Counted from the first letter of the stretch, positions 9,532-20,455 are shown. The stretch: DNA of 64,000 nucleotides from Candidatus Nanoarchaeia archaeon (GCA_041651575.1 JBAZJB010000001.1:266609-330608); one strand, 5' to 3'. Notes: generated by a model not told the origin, from the letters alone. Made by a program: numbers and translations.

Positions 9532-10242
9532 ATGTATTTATACAAAAATAAAGAAAGAGTTCTAGCAAAAGATTTATTTTTATATTTAGAAAAGGAAAAA
9601 ATACTAATTTTATCCGATTTACATATTGGTTTGGAAGAGGCAATGAACAAACAAGGAATATTATTGCCTAGATTTCAATTTCAAGAACTAGTTAAAAGGA
9701 TAGAAAAAGTGTTTAAAGATTTAGAAATTAAAAAAATCATTGTAAATGGAGATTTGAAACATGAATTTGGAACTATTTCTAACCAAGAATGGAGTCAGAC
9801 ATTAAAAATAATTAACATTCTAAGCACTAAAGCAGAGCTTATACTAGTAAAAGGTAATCATGATACTATCTTAGGACCTATTGCAGAAAAAAAGGATATA
9901 AAGGTCTTAGAATACTATAAGGTAAATGATATTTATATTTGTCATGGACATAAAATACCAGAAAATAAAGACTTTAAAAATTCTAAATTAGTTATAATAG
10001 GACATGAACATCCTGCAATTAGTTTTAAAGAGAGACCCACTGAGAAATTTAAATGTTTTTTAGTAGGAAAATACAAAAATAAAACCTTAATTGTACAACC
10101 TTCACTAAATTTAGTTTCTGAAGGCACAAACGTAACTAAAGAAAAATTATTAAGCCCTTTTTTAAAAGATTTAAAAGACTTTGAAGTTTTTGTAGTAGAA
10201 GACAAAATTTATAAATTTGGTAAATTAAAGAATATTAACTAA
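9532..10242 (+). CDS. calcineurin-like metallophosphoesterase
   Basis: 236 aa; LILSDLHIG, VNGDL, GNHD, GHEH motifs in canonical order. Confidence 0.7.
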   Translation: MYLYKNKERVLAKDLFLYLEKEKILILSDLHIGLEEAMNKQGILLPRFQFQELVKRIEKVFKDLEIKKIIVNGDLKHEFGTISNQEWSQTLKIINILSTKAELILVKGNHDTILGPIAEKKDIKVLEYYKVNDIYICHGHKIPENKDFKNSKLVIIGHEHPAISFKERPTEKFKCFLVGKYKNKTLIVQPSLNLVSEGTNVTKEKLLSPFLKDLKDFEVFVVEDKIYKFGKLKNIN

Positions 10243-10503
10243 AGAAATAATTACTTTTCCTTCTAATCCATTTATTTTTGATTCAGTAATTTTATTCATA
10301 GACTCTAATCTTCCCAAAACAACATTCCAATTAGCATCACCATTACAACTTAATCCAGACGATTCTAATTGTTTAATAACATAATCTACTGGGGCAAAAG
10401 GCAGAAGAGCTTTTATTTTATTCTCTTTTAAATAATTCTTACAAGCTATTTGTATTGCTTTATAGGCATCTTCATAAGGTCCAAAATCTTGAGATGTTGA
10501 CAT
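10225..10503 (-). CDS. hypothetical protein
   Basis: 92 aa ORF. Confidence 0.3.
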   Translation of the reverse strand: MSTSQDFGPYEDAYKAIQIACKNYLKENKIKALLPFAPVDYVIKQLESSGLSCNGDANWNVVLGRLESMNKITESKINGLEGKVIISLVNIL

Positions 10504-10557
10504 AACAAATCTAAGAACCTTCTTAATATAAACATTTATTCAATTCAATATATATTT

Positions 10558-11046
10558 TTATAAGGTATGTAATTCATGAACTGTTTTATAAGAATGTAAT
10601 TCATCTTTAGTAAACCATAAATCTATTTCTTTTTTAGCATCATCTTTGTTAGCAGAAGCATGTACTAAGTTTCTTGTAGCATCATTCTTTTTATCTGCTT
10701 GGGCATAAGAAACATGAGCATAATCTCCTCTTATTGTTCCTGGAGCAGAAGCTCTTGGTTCTGTACTACCAATCATTTTTCTAACAATTTCAATAGCACT
10801 AACGCCTTCAAGGCATGCTGCTATTATTGGTCCTTCTGATAAATATTTTACACTATTATCAAATATTTTTTTACCATTTCTTTTTTCTACATCGAAATAA
10901 TGTTTTCCTGCAAATTCTTTAGTAGCATAAACCATCTTCATTCCAACTATTTTTAAACCAACTTTTTCAAATCTAGTAATTATCTCTCCAATAAATCCTC
11001 TTTGTACACAGTCTGGTTTTAATAATATCAATGTTCTTTCTATCAT
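10558..11046 (-). CDS. ndk: nucleoside diphosphate kinase
   Basis: 162 aa; ERTLILLKPDCVQRGFIGEIITRFE... and NLVHASAN active-site His region. Confidence 0.85.
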   Translation of the reverse strand: MIERTLILLKPDCVQRGFIGEIITRFEKVGLKIVGMKMVYATKEFAGKHYFDVEKRNGKKIFDNSVKYLSEGPIIAACLEGVSAIEIVRKMIGSTEPRASAPGTIRGDYAHVSYAQADKKNDATRNLVHASANKDDAKKEIDLWFTKDELHSYKTVHELHTL

Positions 11047-11363
11047 TTTCTTGTACTTCCTAAAAGAGTTTTTAAATGAAATTCTCTTCTACTTTTTATA
11101 AAAGCAACTCTATTGCTACCTTCAATCAAAACAAAAACGTCTCCTTTTTTATTATAATCTTGTTTTGCCAATTTATCTGCTTGTTCCCAAGCTTTATAAT
11201 AAAATTGTGGAGTAACATGTTTTATAACCATGAGATCAAGATGTTTAAATTTTCTTTCTTTTGTAAATTCTCTATTAAAAGTCAGATTATCTTCAATTGC
11301 TTCTCTTTTTGCTATTTCTTCAGCAACTCTTTCTGCTGTTGATTGTTCATTCACACTAGACAT
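11043..11363 (-). CDS. hypothetical protein in operon with ndk (sits where L24e is found in the archaeal L7Ae-S28e-L24e-ndk cluster, but has no Zn finger)
   Basis: 106 aa; stop overlaps the ndk start. Confidence 0.3.
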   Translation of the reverse strand: MSSVNEQSTAERVAEEIAKREAIEDNLTFNREFTKERKFKHLDLMVIKHVTPQFYYKAWEQADKLAKQDYNKKGDVFVLIEGSNRVAFIKSRREFHLKTLLGSTRK

Positions 11364-11476
11364 ATTAAATTTAGAAAATTAAAAGTATTTAAATCTTACC
11401 TGTCATATCTTATCCTACCTTTTATAAAATAGATTGTACAGAATAATAATATTTATTAATAAAATATAAATATAGT

Positions 11477-12490
11477 ATGAGTATGGATAGAGGTAAAATA
11501 ACAATTCTAGCATGTGATTCTGGAAAACCTTTTGCAGAAAAAATAATACGCCATCTAAATAAATTAGAAAATAATAATTTACAATCAATTAATGTTACAG
11601 AAAAACATTTTTCAAATTCAGAAATTAAAACAGAAATTAGCGAAAGTGTAAGAGGTACAGATGTATATATTATACAAGGATTTGAAAATTCAGTTACAAA
11701 TCGTTCTGTAGATGAAGATTTAAGAGCATTAAAAGCGACAATAGACGCAGCATATAGAGCAGATGCAAGCTATGTTACTGCAGTTGTTCCTGTTTTTCCA
11801 TATGCTAGACAAGAAAAATCTCTAAGCAGAGAAGGTATAACTGCTGCAATGGTAGCAAGAGAAATAGAAGATTGTGGAGCATACAGAGTAATTACTTTAG
11901 ATATACATGCTGAAGCAAATGCAGGATTTTTTAGAAAAGCTAGATTTGAAAATCTTAAAGCTTCAAATATGATTATACCTTATATCAAAGAAAATATTGG
12001 ATTAGATAATCTGGTTATTTCATCAGCAGATACAGGTGGAGCATCTAGAGCAAACTATTATGCAAACAATTTAGGAGTAAATAGAAATATTGTATTTAAA
12101 GTTAAAGATTATAAAAAAGCAGCAGGAGAACAAGTAGAAAAAGTAGAATTACTTGGAGAGGTTAATAATAAAAAAGTTTTTGTTATAGATGATATGATAG
12201 ATACAGGTTCAACTGCAAGACCCGTTATAGAATTATTAAGAAATAGAGGAGCAACAGAAGTTTATTTTGGATGTAGTTTGCCTTTATTTAATGGTCCTGC
12301 AAAAGAAAGATTATCTCAATTATATAAAGAAGGATTATTAACTAAAGTTATTGGAACTGATGCAGTATATCATGGAGGAGAAAAATTCCTTCAAGAAAAT
12401 CCTTGGTATAATGAAGTAAGTGTAGCTGGCCATTTTGCTCAAGTTATTCATAATATTAATAAAAAAGAATCTATAACTAAATTATTATAA
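11477..12490 (+). CDS. prs: ribose-phosphate pyrophosphokinase (PRPP synthetase)
   Basis: 337 aa; PRPP-binding loop VFVIDDMIDTGSTA; N-terminal ITILACDSG. Confidence 0.8.
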   Translation: MSMDRGKITILACDSGKPFAEKIIRHLNKLENNNLQSINVTEKHFSNSEIKTEISESVRGTDVYIIQGFENSVTNRSVDEDLRALKATIDAAYRADASYVTAVVPVFPYARQEKSLSREGITAAMVAREIEDCGAYRVITLDIHAEANAGFFRKARFENLKASNMIIPYIKENIGLDNLVISSADTGGASRANYYANNLGVNRNIVFKVKDYKKAAGEQVEKVELLGEVNNKKVFVIDDMIDTGSTARPVIELLRNRGATEVYFGCSLPLFNGPAKERLSQLYKEGLLTKVIGTDAVYHGGEKFLQENPWYNEVSVAGHFAQVIHNINKKESITKLL

Positions 12491-12825
12491 TGATAACTTG
12501 TGAAAATTGTGGAGAAGAAGCACATTACAACTTATTATTTTTTGGCGGAAGATGGGAAATAGATAGTTATGATGGAATTGAAAAACCAATTCAAAGAGGG
12601 TATGATTCTTGTTGCAATCCAATTTGTTTAATTGAAACTGTAAAAACACCTAAAACAAAAAATATAGGTGACCTTATGGAAATTTTTGATTTTGATGGAG
12701 AAGAAAAACCACGATTAGTAGAATTAATTAAAAAAGCTTTAAGAGATGAATTAGAAATTGATACAATAAAAAATTTAGCTTGGATAGCAGATCCACCAAA
12801 AAAACAATTAAAATTTCCTTTTTAA
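12490..12825 (+). CDS. hypothetical small Cys-containing protein
   Basis: 111 aa; CENCGEE ... CCNPIC. Confidence 0.3.
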   Translation: MITCENCGEEAHYNLLFFGGRWEIDSYDGIEKPIQRGYDSCCNPICLIETVKTPKTKNIGDLMEIFDFDGEEKPRLVELIKKALRDELEIDTIKNLAWIADPPKKQLKFPF

Positions 12826-12828
12826 AAT

Positions 12829-13383
12829 TTATTCTTGAACTATTCCAGCCAAGTATCCTTCTGTAGATATAGGATAAGTAGTATATGGAGTTAAAACATT
12901 TCCTCTCATTCTTGATTTTTCATAAACTTTAGCTTCTAAAAGTATTGGAGTATCTACAAAATCACCCATATCTGGGCAAGATACTACAATTATTTTTTCT
13001 TGATTGAAATCAATTCCATCTTCTACTAAACCATTTGTAACTTGTTTACAACCATTATCTCCTACATTAGGCAATTCTATTTTTGTTATAGAAGCAATTC
13101 CAGATCTATCGTGTCTTATTTTTAATTCAATTGCATTACTTGTTATTTTTTTACCTAAGCAAGTAAATTCTCTATCAAATTTACAATCTTCTGCTCCTGT
13201 AAAAGATCTTACTTCTGCTGTATCTTTATCACATATTTTATCTTGATTTTTATCTAAACAACAATCTCCACCCATATAAGTATAAGGAGCATTACAACTA
13301 TCCATAACAACATTACCAGTAATACAACCCGATATAAAAAATACAGTTAATAGAATTAATATGATTGAAAGCCCTTTTTTCAT
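12829..13383 (-). CDS. secreted lipoprotein (lipobox-like ISGC), paralog of element gene 35517..36260
   Basis: Signal peptide plus SGC; shares CN.PY....G.(D/E)CCLD.N....CDKD with ORF 35517. Confidence 0.45.
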   Translation of the reverse strand: MKKGLSIILILLTVFFISGCITGNVVMDSCNAPYTYMGGDCCLDKNQDKICDKDTAEVRSFTGAEDCKFDREFTCLGKKITSNAIELKIRHDRSGIASITKIELPNVGDNGCKQVTNGLVEDGIDFNQEKIIVVSCPDMGDFVDTPILLEAKVYEKSRMRGNVLTPYTTYPISTEGYLAGIVQE

Positions 13384-13463
13384 ACGCGGTATCTGCTAGA
13401 TGTAGTTTATATACATTTATGTATAGAAAATATATGTTTGTTATTAATATATTGTAGAATATA

Positions 13464-14183
13464 CTATTTTTTCTTTCTTTTTGATCTAAAATAAAAGAAT
13501 GCCATTCCAACCAATACAAAAACGACTCCTAGTAAAAATACAGGCCAATTATAATTTTGAGGAACATAATTATTTACAATTTGCATAAATTGTTCGTTAT
13601 TTGTTAATGTAAAAAAGTCCTTTGCATATCCACTAAAAATTATTTTTCCATAATCATATAACCAAGTATATAATACAAGAACAACTCCTATAATCATTAA
13701 ACTCCATTCTTTAACATTTATTTTTACTTTTATCCCTTTATCTTCAAAATTTAGTATAATAAAAGTCATAGCTATAAAAAGCACACAACATATTAGTGGG
13801 GCTAAAACTGGTCCAACCCAAACCCAAGGAATAAGGAAAAGCATATCCCAAGTCAATAAAGAAGAGGGCCAATCTAAAACTAATTTAAGGAAAACATAAT
13901 AAAATACATCCCAAATAGCAAAAGCATATAGAAAATAAGCAAACCTTTCATATAATTTTTTTGCTGCAAGCATAGAAATAGTTACTAACATAACAATTGT
14001 TGCAAATTCTCTTATCCATTCAACACTTAATATAGAAGGATCTAAAAAACCTTTTAAAGGAAAATCAAAACCATTTGGATAAAGTAATTTTCTTAAATAT
14101 ATTACAACAGCTGCTTCAAGAAAACCCATAGCTATTGCAAAAATTGTAATAATTAAAAGTTTATTTCTACTCTCTTTTTTCAT
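13464..14183 (-). CDS. multi-pass membrane protein, hypothetical
   Basis: 239 aa, multiple hydrophobic helices. Confidence 0.4.
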   Translation of the reverse strand: MKKESRNKLLIITIFAIAMGFLEAAVVIYLRKLLYPNGFDFPLKGFLDPSILSVEWIREFATIVMLVTISMLAAKKLYERFAYFLYAFAIWDVFYYVFLKLVLDWPSSLLTWDMLFLIPWVWVGPVLAPLICCVLFIAMTFIILNFEDKGIKVKINVKEWSLMIIGVVLVLYTWLYDYGKIIFSGYAKDFFTLTNNEQFMQIVNNYVPQNYNWPVFLLGVVFVLVGMAFFYFRSKRKKK

Positions 14184-14239
14184 AATTAATTAAATAAATT
14201 ATTCTTTTTAAATCTTTCTTATACCAAAAATTAAAAAAA

Positions 14240-14581
14240 TTAAAGTTTAAGGCGCTTAGCCTCTTTCTGTAGAAGTTTAAAATCTCTTTTAGTATCAAGA
14301 TACCATTGTTTTTCGCTTCTATCACTAAAAGCTTTGTTTCCTTTTTTTGAAACTTCTTTATTCCACTTCTTTACCGTTTTACTAAAAAAGTTCAAGGATT
14401 TTAAAACTCTGTCTTTGTAGATTGCTGATTTCTTAAATTTTTCAAGGAGATTAGATTTCTGTTTAAGCTCTTTTTCAAGAGATAATAGAGAGGAAATTGC
14501 ATAAACATCTCTACCTCCCTTTTTTTTAGCATTTCTAATCTCTTTCTGTATTTCTTCAAGTAGATTATAAGTCATTTTCAT
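14240..14581 (-). CDS. Lys-rich hypothetical protein
   Basis: 113 aa. Confidence 0.3.
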   Translation of the reverse strand: MKMTYNLLEEIQKEIRNAKKKGGRDVYAISSLLSLEKELKQKSNLLEKFKKSAIYKDRVLKSLNFFSKTVKKWNKEVSKKGNKAFSDRSEKQWYLDTKRDFKLLQKEAKRLKL

Positions 14582-14583
14582 AT

Positions 14584-15183
14584 TTATCTAATTCTTTTCC
14601 AATTTCCTCTGCTTACTTCTTTGTTAACATCAGATCTACTCTTAGGGAAGCAAGTAATAATATCTTTCCCATTTTTATCTCCAATAGTCAACATTCTTGT
14701 TGAAGGATTGTAAGCTACACTTCTTCCATCCCTAACTTGAATATATCTTTCAACAGACTTGCTATTCATATTTTTTTTACATTCATTTTTAAATTGTGTC
14801 TTTGTTGGAGGACTCGAACTCCAAATATTTGGAAAGTCATTAATGTGTTTATACTCAATTAAATTAGAATAAGAATAAGCTTGATAATAAATCCAAGTAC
14901 TATACCCTATTCTATATACAACATAACCACCTACAATTACTGCAGCAGCAACTGCTATGGCTGTAACAAAAGGCGAAATAATAGCAACTATTACTGCGGA
15001 TAAACCTGGAAATAGGTTTACAAAGGAATTCGCTTGTCGTTGAGGACTTGCACTCTTAGCGGAGTTACTATCTTTTAATATAACTCCATCTGTAGTCTTA
15101 ATTTCTTCTGCTAAACAAATTGGCAACATAATAATTAATGCTGCAAGAAAAAAACTTATTGATACTAGTTTGTAATTTTTCAT
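14584..15183 (-). CDS. membrane-anchored hypothetical protein
   Basis: 199 aa; N-terminal TM plus internal hydrophobic helix. Confidence 0.35.
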   Translation of the reverse strand: MKNYKLVSISFFLAALIIMLPICLAEEIKTTDGVILKDSNSAKSASPQRQANSFVNLFPGLSAVIVAIISPFVTAIAVAAAVIVGGYVVYRIGYSTWIYYQAYSYSNLIEYKHINDFPNIWSSSPPTKTQFKNECKKNMNSKSVERYIQVRDGRSVAYNPSTRMLTIGDKNGKDIITCFPKSRSDVNKEVSRGNWKRIR

Positions 15184-15304
15184 AATATACCCCCTAAATA
15201 TCTTATATTTAGATATATAAACTTCTATATATAGTTTTCGTAAAATTATCTTTACTAATCAGTTACCAAAAACATTAAAAGCAAATACAATTCTCTAATT
15301 TGTA

Positions 15305-15658
15305 ATGGTACAATATATAGAAGCACCAGAATTAAAAGAAAGAGCGATTGAAATAGCTAAAAGATTTAATTTAAATTATATAGATTTTGAAAGAGTTCAC
15401 TTTTACAGATATTCTTGTGATACAAGAACTTGTGCAAAAATTACTGGTTTCTTTAGAACTTTACAATTGATTTATCCGCATATAAAACCTTTTTATGTTA
15501 TAACTTTTAATAATCATAATTTTGAAAGAGTTTCTAAAAGAGATCAAGATGTTACCATATTGCATGAATTATTACATATTCCTAAAAACTTTTCAGGAGA
15601 ATTTGGAAAAATAGCACATTCAGAAATAAGACGTTTGTCTAAAGATTGGATTAACTAG
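15305..15658 (+). CDS. putative metal-dependent hydrolase (DUF45/YgjP/SprT-like HExxH)
   Basis: 117 aa; C-terminal ILHELLHIPKNFSGEF resembles the DUF45 HELxHL..NHS motif. Confidence 0.4.
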   Translation: MVQYIEAPELKERAIEIAKRFNLNYIDFERVHFYRYSCDTRTCAKITGFFRTLQLIYPHIKPFYVITFNNHNFERVSKRDQDVTILHELLHIPKNFSGEFGKIAHSEIRRLSKDWIN

Positions 15659-16797
15659 AATTTTCTATGATCATAACAAACTCTCTTTATGATTTTAGCA
15701 ATTTCTTTGTAACTCCCACCATAAGTATTAAGCAATTCTATCCCACTCTCTACTGTATGTGGAGCTCTTGAGTCAGGATAACCCTCCAACATAAAATGAG
15801 AAGGTAACATCCAAGCAGCAACTATAGACCCTGCTTCTATTAGATTTGCACGTTTATCTTCTGATAATTGATCATCATTCGGATTATCATTAATATAAGG
15901 AAGCAATTTATTTAAATCTTCTAAAAAAGGAGTATATCTTTTATCCAATTCTATTCTACTATCCTTTCCAGATTTAGATCCCCATGGAGCAGCGTAATAA
16001 ACAACTTCTTGTTTATCATTATTTTTTACTGAACTTCTTAAAAAATGAACAGGAATTATTACTTTATCATTGATGTCTTTAATTCCTTGGAAAAATAATT
16101 TATGTAATTTCCCGAATATTTTTAGATTACTTTGTTCTTTTTCAAGATGAGGGAAATATAATTGTCCTTCTTTTGTTTTTATTCTCTTAGGTAATAAAGA
16201 ATATCTTGCTGCAAATGCGTGTGATAATGCTTTTCCTTCTCCAAGACCGCTTGCAAGAGCGACTAAATAATTTAATGAAGCTTGATATTTTGTTAGAGCT
16301 TGATCTTGTCCTGATCTATTATAATACATATCTACTGAAGGAAGTTCAAATGTATTTGCTAAATGTTCTAATTTATTAAATAATTCTTCTTCTCCTAATA
16401 CTCCGCCTTTTTTATCTTTTAAAAGACCTGCTTTAAAATCTGCAAAAATAGTATTTGGTCTATATCCTATTCCAGGGACATCTTCATCTTCTATTTCTTT
16501 ATCTTTTTCAGAATCTAATTTTCCAGGCGAAGTAAGCATTTCTTCTCCAGGTAATTTTCCTGTCCCATCTCCAAGTTCAACATAATGCCCAGGAGTTTCT
16601 ACTTCTTCTAGTTCTTGTTCTAATTCTATTTCTTCAATAGGAGTAATTACTTCTTCTATTTTTAATAAATCTTCTAGATCTCCTTGTTCACCAAAATGTT
16701 TTGCAAACATAGGTAATTGTTCTTTAGATAAAGGAATATATATTACAAGTTGTGATTCATTTCCATCTTTTTCTAGACTATATTTATTAATTTTCAT
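15655..16797 (-). CDS. hypothetical acidic protein
   Basis: 380 aa; overlaps the next gene by 4 nt. Confidence 0.35.
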   Translation of the reverse strand: MKINKYSLEKDGNESQLVIYIPLSKEQLPMFAKHFGEQGDLEDLLKIEEVITPIEEIELEQELEEVETPGHYVELGDGTGKLPGEEMLTSPGKLDSEKDKEIEDEDVPGIGYRPNTIFADFKAGLLKDKKGGVLGEEELFNKLEHLANTFELPSVDMYYNRSGQDQALTKYQASLNYLVALASGLGEGKALSHAFAARYSLLPKRIKTKEGQLYFPHLEKEQSNLKIFGKLHKLFFQGIKDINDKVIIPVHFLRSSVKNNDKQEVVYYAAPWGSKSGKDSRIELDKRYTPFLEDLNKLLPYINDNPNDDQLSEDKRANLIEAGSIVAAWMLPSHFMLEGYPDSRAPHTVESGIELLNTYGGSYKEIAKIIKRVCYDHRKF

Positions 16798-17663
16798 TTT
16801 TGAACTCCATTACCCATTTTTTTAAAATAATAATTTCTATAAGATTGAAGTATCATTTCTATAAGAGCAGGTATTGTTGCACCAGTATGTAGCATAGCAT
16901 CGGCATTCCAATCTTGAGGTTTATCCTTTTTATCAGCATATATAACTATCTTAGGTAAATTATATCCTAAAAGTTTTAAATTTTTAAATGTTTGTTTAAT
17001 CTTTTCTTGATGTTCTTTTGGTAAAGTTCTTGGAGCAGCAACTATCATATTTAATCTACCCTGCGAATTTTGATCTTGTGGATTCCATATTCCTTTATTT
17101 AAATCTTTTAATGATAATGTTGCAGTATGTATACCTGCTTTTTGTAATGAAGTAGTATAATAATCTATAGCTTCTTGTGTACCTTGCATTATTAACATTA
17201 CTTTTTTGTCTTGATTATAAGGCCTTACTAAATCAAATACTTTGTCTAAATTCTTTGGTGTTGCTAATCCCTCTAAATCTAATTTAACTTCATTTATTTT
17301 AAACTCTTCTGGTTCTAATCTCATATTATCTTCGTAAGATTTACGTAAATCTTCTGCTACTCTTTCAAAGGTATAAGGTTTTAATGCTAGATAATGTTTA
17401 AATAAAAGCAAAGTTTCATCAGACCAATGAGTTAAATCTTTTAACTCTTCTGGAGAAGCTTTAGAGATTACATTTTCTAATCTTATAATTCTTGAATCAT
17501 CCATTCCTTTAAAAGATAAATAAGGTTTTATATTTTGAAATTCAGAAGGGGTTATTTCAGAATAGAATTCTCTAGCTTCATCCTCTTTACGAGCAGTACA
17601 AAGTAATTTTACTCCAGCTGCTTCCACAGCCAAGTCATATAGATATTGTTCCATTTTATTCAC
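16794..17663 (-). CDS. hypothetical protein
   Basis: 289 aa. Confidence 0.35.
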   Translation of the reverse strand: MNKMEQYLYDLAVEAAGVKLLCTARKEDEAREFYSEITPSEFQNIKPYLSFKGMDDSRIIRLENVISKASPEELKDLTHWSDETLLLFKHYLALKPYTFERVAEDLRKSYEDNMRLEPEEFKINEVKLDLEGLATPKNLDKVFDLVRPYNQDKKVMLIMQGTQEAIDYYTTSLQKAGIHTATLSLKDLNKGIWNPQDQNSQGRLNMIVAAPRTLPKEHQEKIKQTFKNLKLLGYNLPKIVIYADKKDKPQDWNADAMLHTGATIPALIEMILQSYRNYYFKKMGNGVQK

Positions 17664-17824
17664 CTATTAGTAGTTACTATATAGTAACAACCTTATTTAT
17701 AAATCTTTCTATAATCTATTTTAGCTTATACTCTCTATTTTTAAACCTTCTTTTATGGGTTTATAGGCTTTAAAACAAACAAAAAAGCAAAACTTTTATA
17801 AATAAAATACGTACCCAAAATGTT

Positions 17825-20008
17825 ATGGCATCAGTAGCATCAGATAAACTTGTAGAACAAGTTATAGGTTTAATGAAAAAACCTGAACATATTAGAAATA
17901 TTTGTACTTGTGCTCATATTGATCATGGTAAAACTACATTCTCAGATAATTTATTACTTGGAGCTGGAATGATTTCAGAAGAATTAGCTGGAAAACAATT
18001 ATCTTTAGATTTTCACGAAGATGAACAACAAAGAGGAATTACTATTGATGCAGCTAACGTTTCTATGGTTCACCATTATAATAATGATCCTTATTTAATT
18101 AATTTAATTGATACTCCAGGACATGTAGATTTTGGTGGAGATGTAACAAGAGCAATGAGAGCTATCGACGGCGCTATTGTATTAGTATGTGCTGTTGAAG
18201 GAATCATGCCACAAACTGAAACTGTTTTAAGACAAGCTTTAAGAGAAAGAGTAAAGCCAGTATTATTCATTAACAAAGTTGATAGATTAATAAGAGAAGT
18301 TAAATTAACACCTGAAAAAATGCAGGAAAAATTCGTAAAAATTATTTCTGAAGTTAATAAAATTATATCTGGAATAGCACCAGAAGAATACAAAAAAGAA
18401 TGGCAAGTTTCTGTTGAAGAAGGTTCTGTTGCATTTGGTTCTGCTTTCCATAACTGGGCTTTATCTTTACCATATATGAAAACAACTAAATTAAGTTTCA
18501 AAGATGTTATTGATGCTTATGAAAAAGGAGAAGAAGCTTACAAAGAACTAGCAAAAAAAGCTCCATTACATGCAGTAGTATTAGATATGTCAATAAGACA
18601 TCATCCAAATCCAAAACAAGCTCAAGTTTATAGAATTCCAAAAATATGGAGAGGAGATTTAGATTCAGAAACAGGAAAATCCTTAATGAATTGTGATCCA
18701 AATGGTCCTGTTGCTTTTGTTTGTACAAAAATTGTTGTTGAAAAATTCGTAGGAGAAGTTGCAGCAGGAAGATTATTTTCAGGTACAGTTAGACAAGGAC
18801 AAGATGTTTGGTTAAATCTAGCTAAAAAACCAATTAGACTTCAACAAGTTTCAATTTACAAAGGATCTCAAAGATTACAAGTTGATGAAGCTGTTGCAGG
18901 AAATATTGTTGGATTAGTTGGATTAAAAGATACTTTTGCAGGAGAAACTGTTTCATCCATACCAATACAACCTTTCGAAGAAATAAAACATATTTTTGAT
19001 CCTGTAATTACTAAAAGTATTGAAGCTACAAAATCTGCTGACTTACCAAAATTAATTGAAGTATTAAGACAAGTTGGAAAAGAAGATCCTTCTATTGTTA
19101 TTCAAATCAATGAAGAGACAGGAGAAAATTTAATGTCGGGTATGGGAGAATTACATTTAGAAATCATAGAAAATAGAATTAAAACAGAAAAAGGACTTGC
19201 TGTAAAAACAAGTAATCCAATTGTATCTTACAGAGAAGCAATTACAAAAGAATCTCAAGAAGTCGAAGGAAAATCTCCAAATAAACACAATAAATTTTAT
19301 ATTAAAGTTAGTCCTTTAGATCCAAAAATTTATGATGCTATTAAAGCAGGAGAAATTCCAGAAGGAGAAGTTAAGAAAAAAGACGAAGGTACAATTAAAA
19401 AATTATTAGAATTAGGATTAGAAAATAAAGAAGCAAGATCTGTTGTTGATTTTTTCAAAGGAAATATGTTAGTTGATTCTACAAAAGGTATTGTTCACAT
19501 TGGAGAAGTTATTGAATTAGTAAAAGAATCATTCCATCAAGTTGTTACTGGAGGACCTTTAGCAAGAGAAACGGCAGTAAAAATGAGAGTTGATTTGATG
19601 GATTGTAAATTACACGAAGATACTATTCATAGAGGACCAGCACAAGTATTACCTGCAGTAAGAGATGCTATAAAAGATGCTATGAGAAATGCAGGAGCAG
19701 TTTTATTCGAACCATTACAAATATTACAAATGGAAGCTCCAATGCAATTCATGGGAGAAATAACAAAATTAATCCAAAATAAAAGAGGACAATTATTAGA
19801 AATGAGTCAAGAAGGAGAACATATTACTGTTAAAGCAAAATTACCTATTGCAGAATCATTTGGATTAGCTTCAGATTTAAGAAGTTGTACTGAAGGAAGA
19901 GGAGTTTTCTATTTAATAAACCAAGTATATGAAAAATTACCTGGCGATTTACAATTAAAAGTTATTAAACAAATCAGAGAAAGAAAAGGTCTTAGTGAAA
20001 ATCAGTAA
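17825..20008 (+). CDS. fusA: translation elongation factor 2 (aEF-2)
   Basis: 727 aa; NICTCAHIDHGKTTFSDNLL G1 motif, archaeal EF-2 architecture. Confidence 0.95.
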   Translation: MASVASDKLVEQVIGLMKKPEHIRNICTCAHIDHGKTTFSDNLLLGAGMISEELAGKQLSLDFHEDEQQRGITIDAANVSMVHHYNNDPYLINLIDTPGHVDFGGDVTRAMRAIDGAIVLVCAVEGIMPQTETVLRQALRERVKPVLFINKVDRLIREVKLTPEKMQEKFVKIISEVNKIISGIAPEEYKKEWQVSVEEGSVAFGSAFHNWALSLPYMKTTKLSFKDVIDAYEKGEEAYKELAKKAPLHAVVLDMSIRHHPNPKQAQVYRIPKIWRGDLDSETGKSLMNCDPNGPVAFVCTKIVVEKFVGEVAAGRLFSGTVRQGQDVWLNLAKKPIRLQQVSIYKGSQRLQVDEAVAGNIVGLVGLKDTFAGETVSSIPIQPFEEIKHIFDPVITKSIEATKSADLPKLIEVLRQVGKEDPSIVIQINEETGENLMSGMGELHLEIIENRIKTEKGLAVKTSNPIVSYREAITKESQEVEGKSPNKHNKFYIKVSPLDPKIYDAIKAGEIPEGEVKKKDEGTIKKLLELGLENKEARSVVDFFKGNMLVDSTKGIVHIGEVIELVKESFHQVVTGGPLARETAVKMRVDLMDCKLHEDTIHRGPAQVLPAVRDAIKDAMRNAGAVLFEPLQILQMEAPMQFMGEITKLIQNKRGQLLEMSQEGEHITVKAKLPIAESFGLASDLRSCTEGRGVFYLINQVYEKLPGDLQLKVIKQIRERKGLSENQ

Positions 20009-20038
20009 ATTTAAATAAGATTATTATATTAATAAGAT

Positions 20039-20455
20039 ATGGGGATTAAAGATTTTTTTAAACCAACAAAAACGAGGATTATTTATTCTACTATCTTTCT
20101 TATTATGATTTATTATATCTTATTTATCCTTAATGATTTTACACAACACTGTGAAATGATTGGAGATGTGGGATTTTGTCATTTTAGTCTACTTTTTACT
20201 TTAATATCCATTATAATTCCTGCACTATTAACCTATTTAATTATTGCCTTAATGATAAATAATAATTCTAAATTAAAAATAATTCGTTGGTTATTTAAAA
20301 TAACAATTCTTTTTTTTGGTTTATTCTCACTACATTCTGAAATAGTAAGATTTACAAGAGTGAATAAGATATATTATTTTAGTATTATTATAGGTATTTT
20401 TTGCGTAATCATTTCAACTCTATTAATTTACTTAGAATACAAAAAGAAAGATTAA
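20039..20455 (+). CDS. small membrane protein inserted between fusA and tuf
   Basis: 138 aa, four predicted TM helices. Confidence 0.35.
   Translation: MGIKDFFKPTKTRIIYSTIFLIMIYYILFILNDFTQHCEMIGDVGFCHFSLLFTLISIIIPALLTYLIIALMINNNSKLKIIRWLFKITILFFGLFSLHSEIVRFTRVNKIYYFSIIIGIFCVIISTLLIYLEYKKKD

Noticed and set aside
11076-11342. Plus-strand 88-aa ORF antisense to gene 11043..11363
   Set aside because: Phe/Ile-rich low-complexity shadow ORF.
18091-18728. Minus-strand ORFs inside fusA; similarly 20931..21158 and 21549..21776 inside tuf
   Set aside because: Antisense to highly conserved elongation-factor genes; no motifs.
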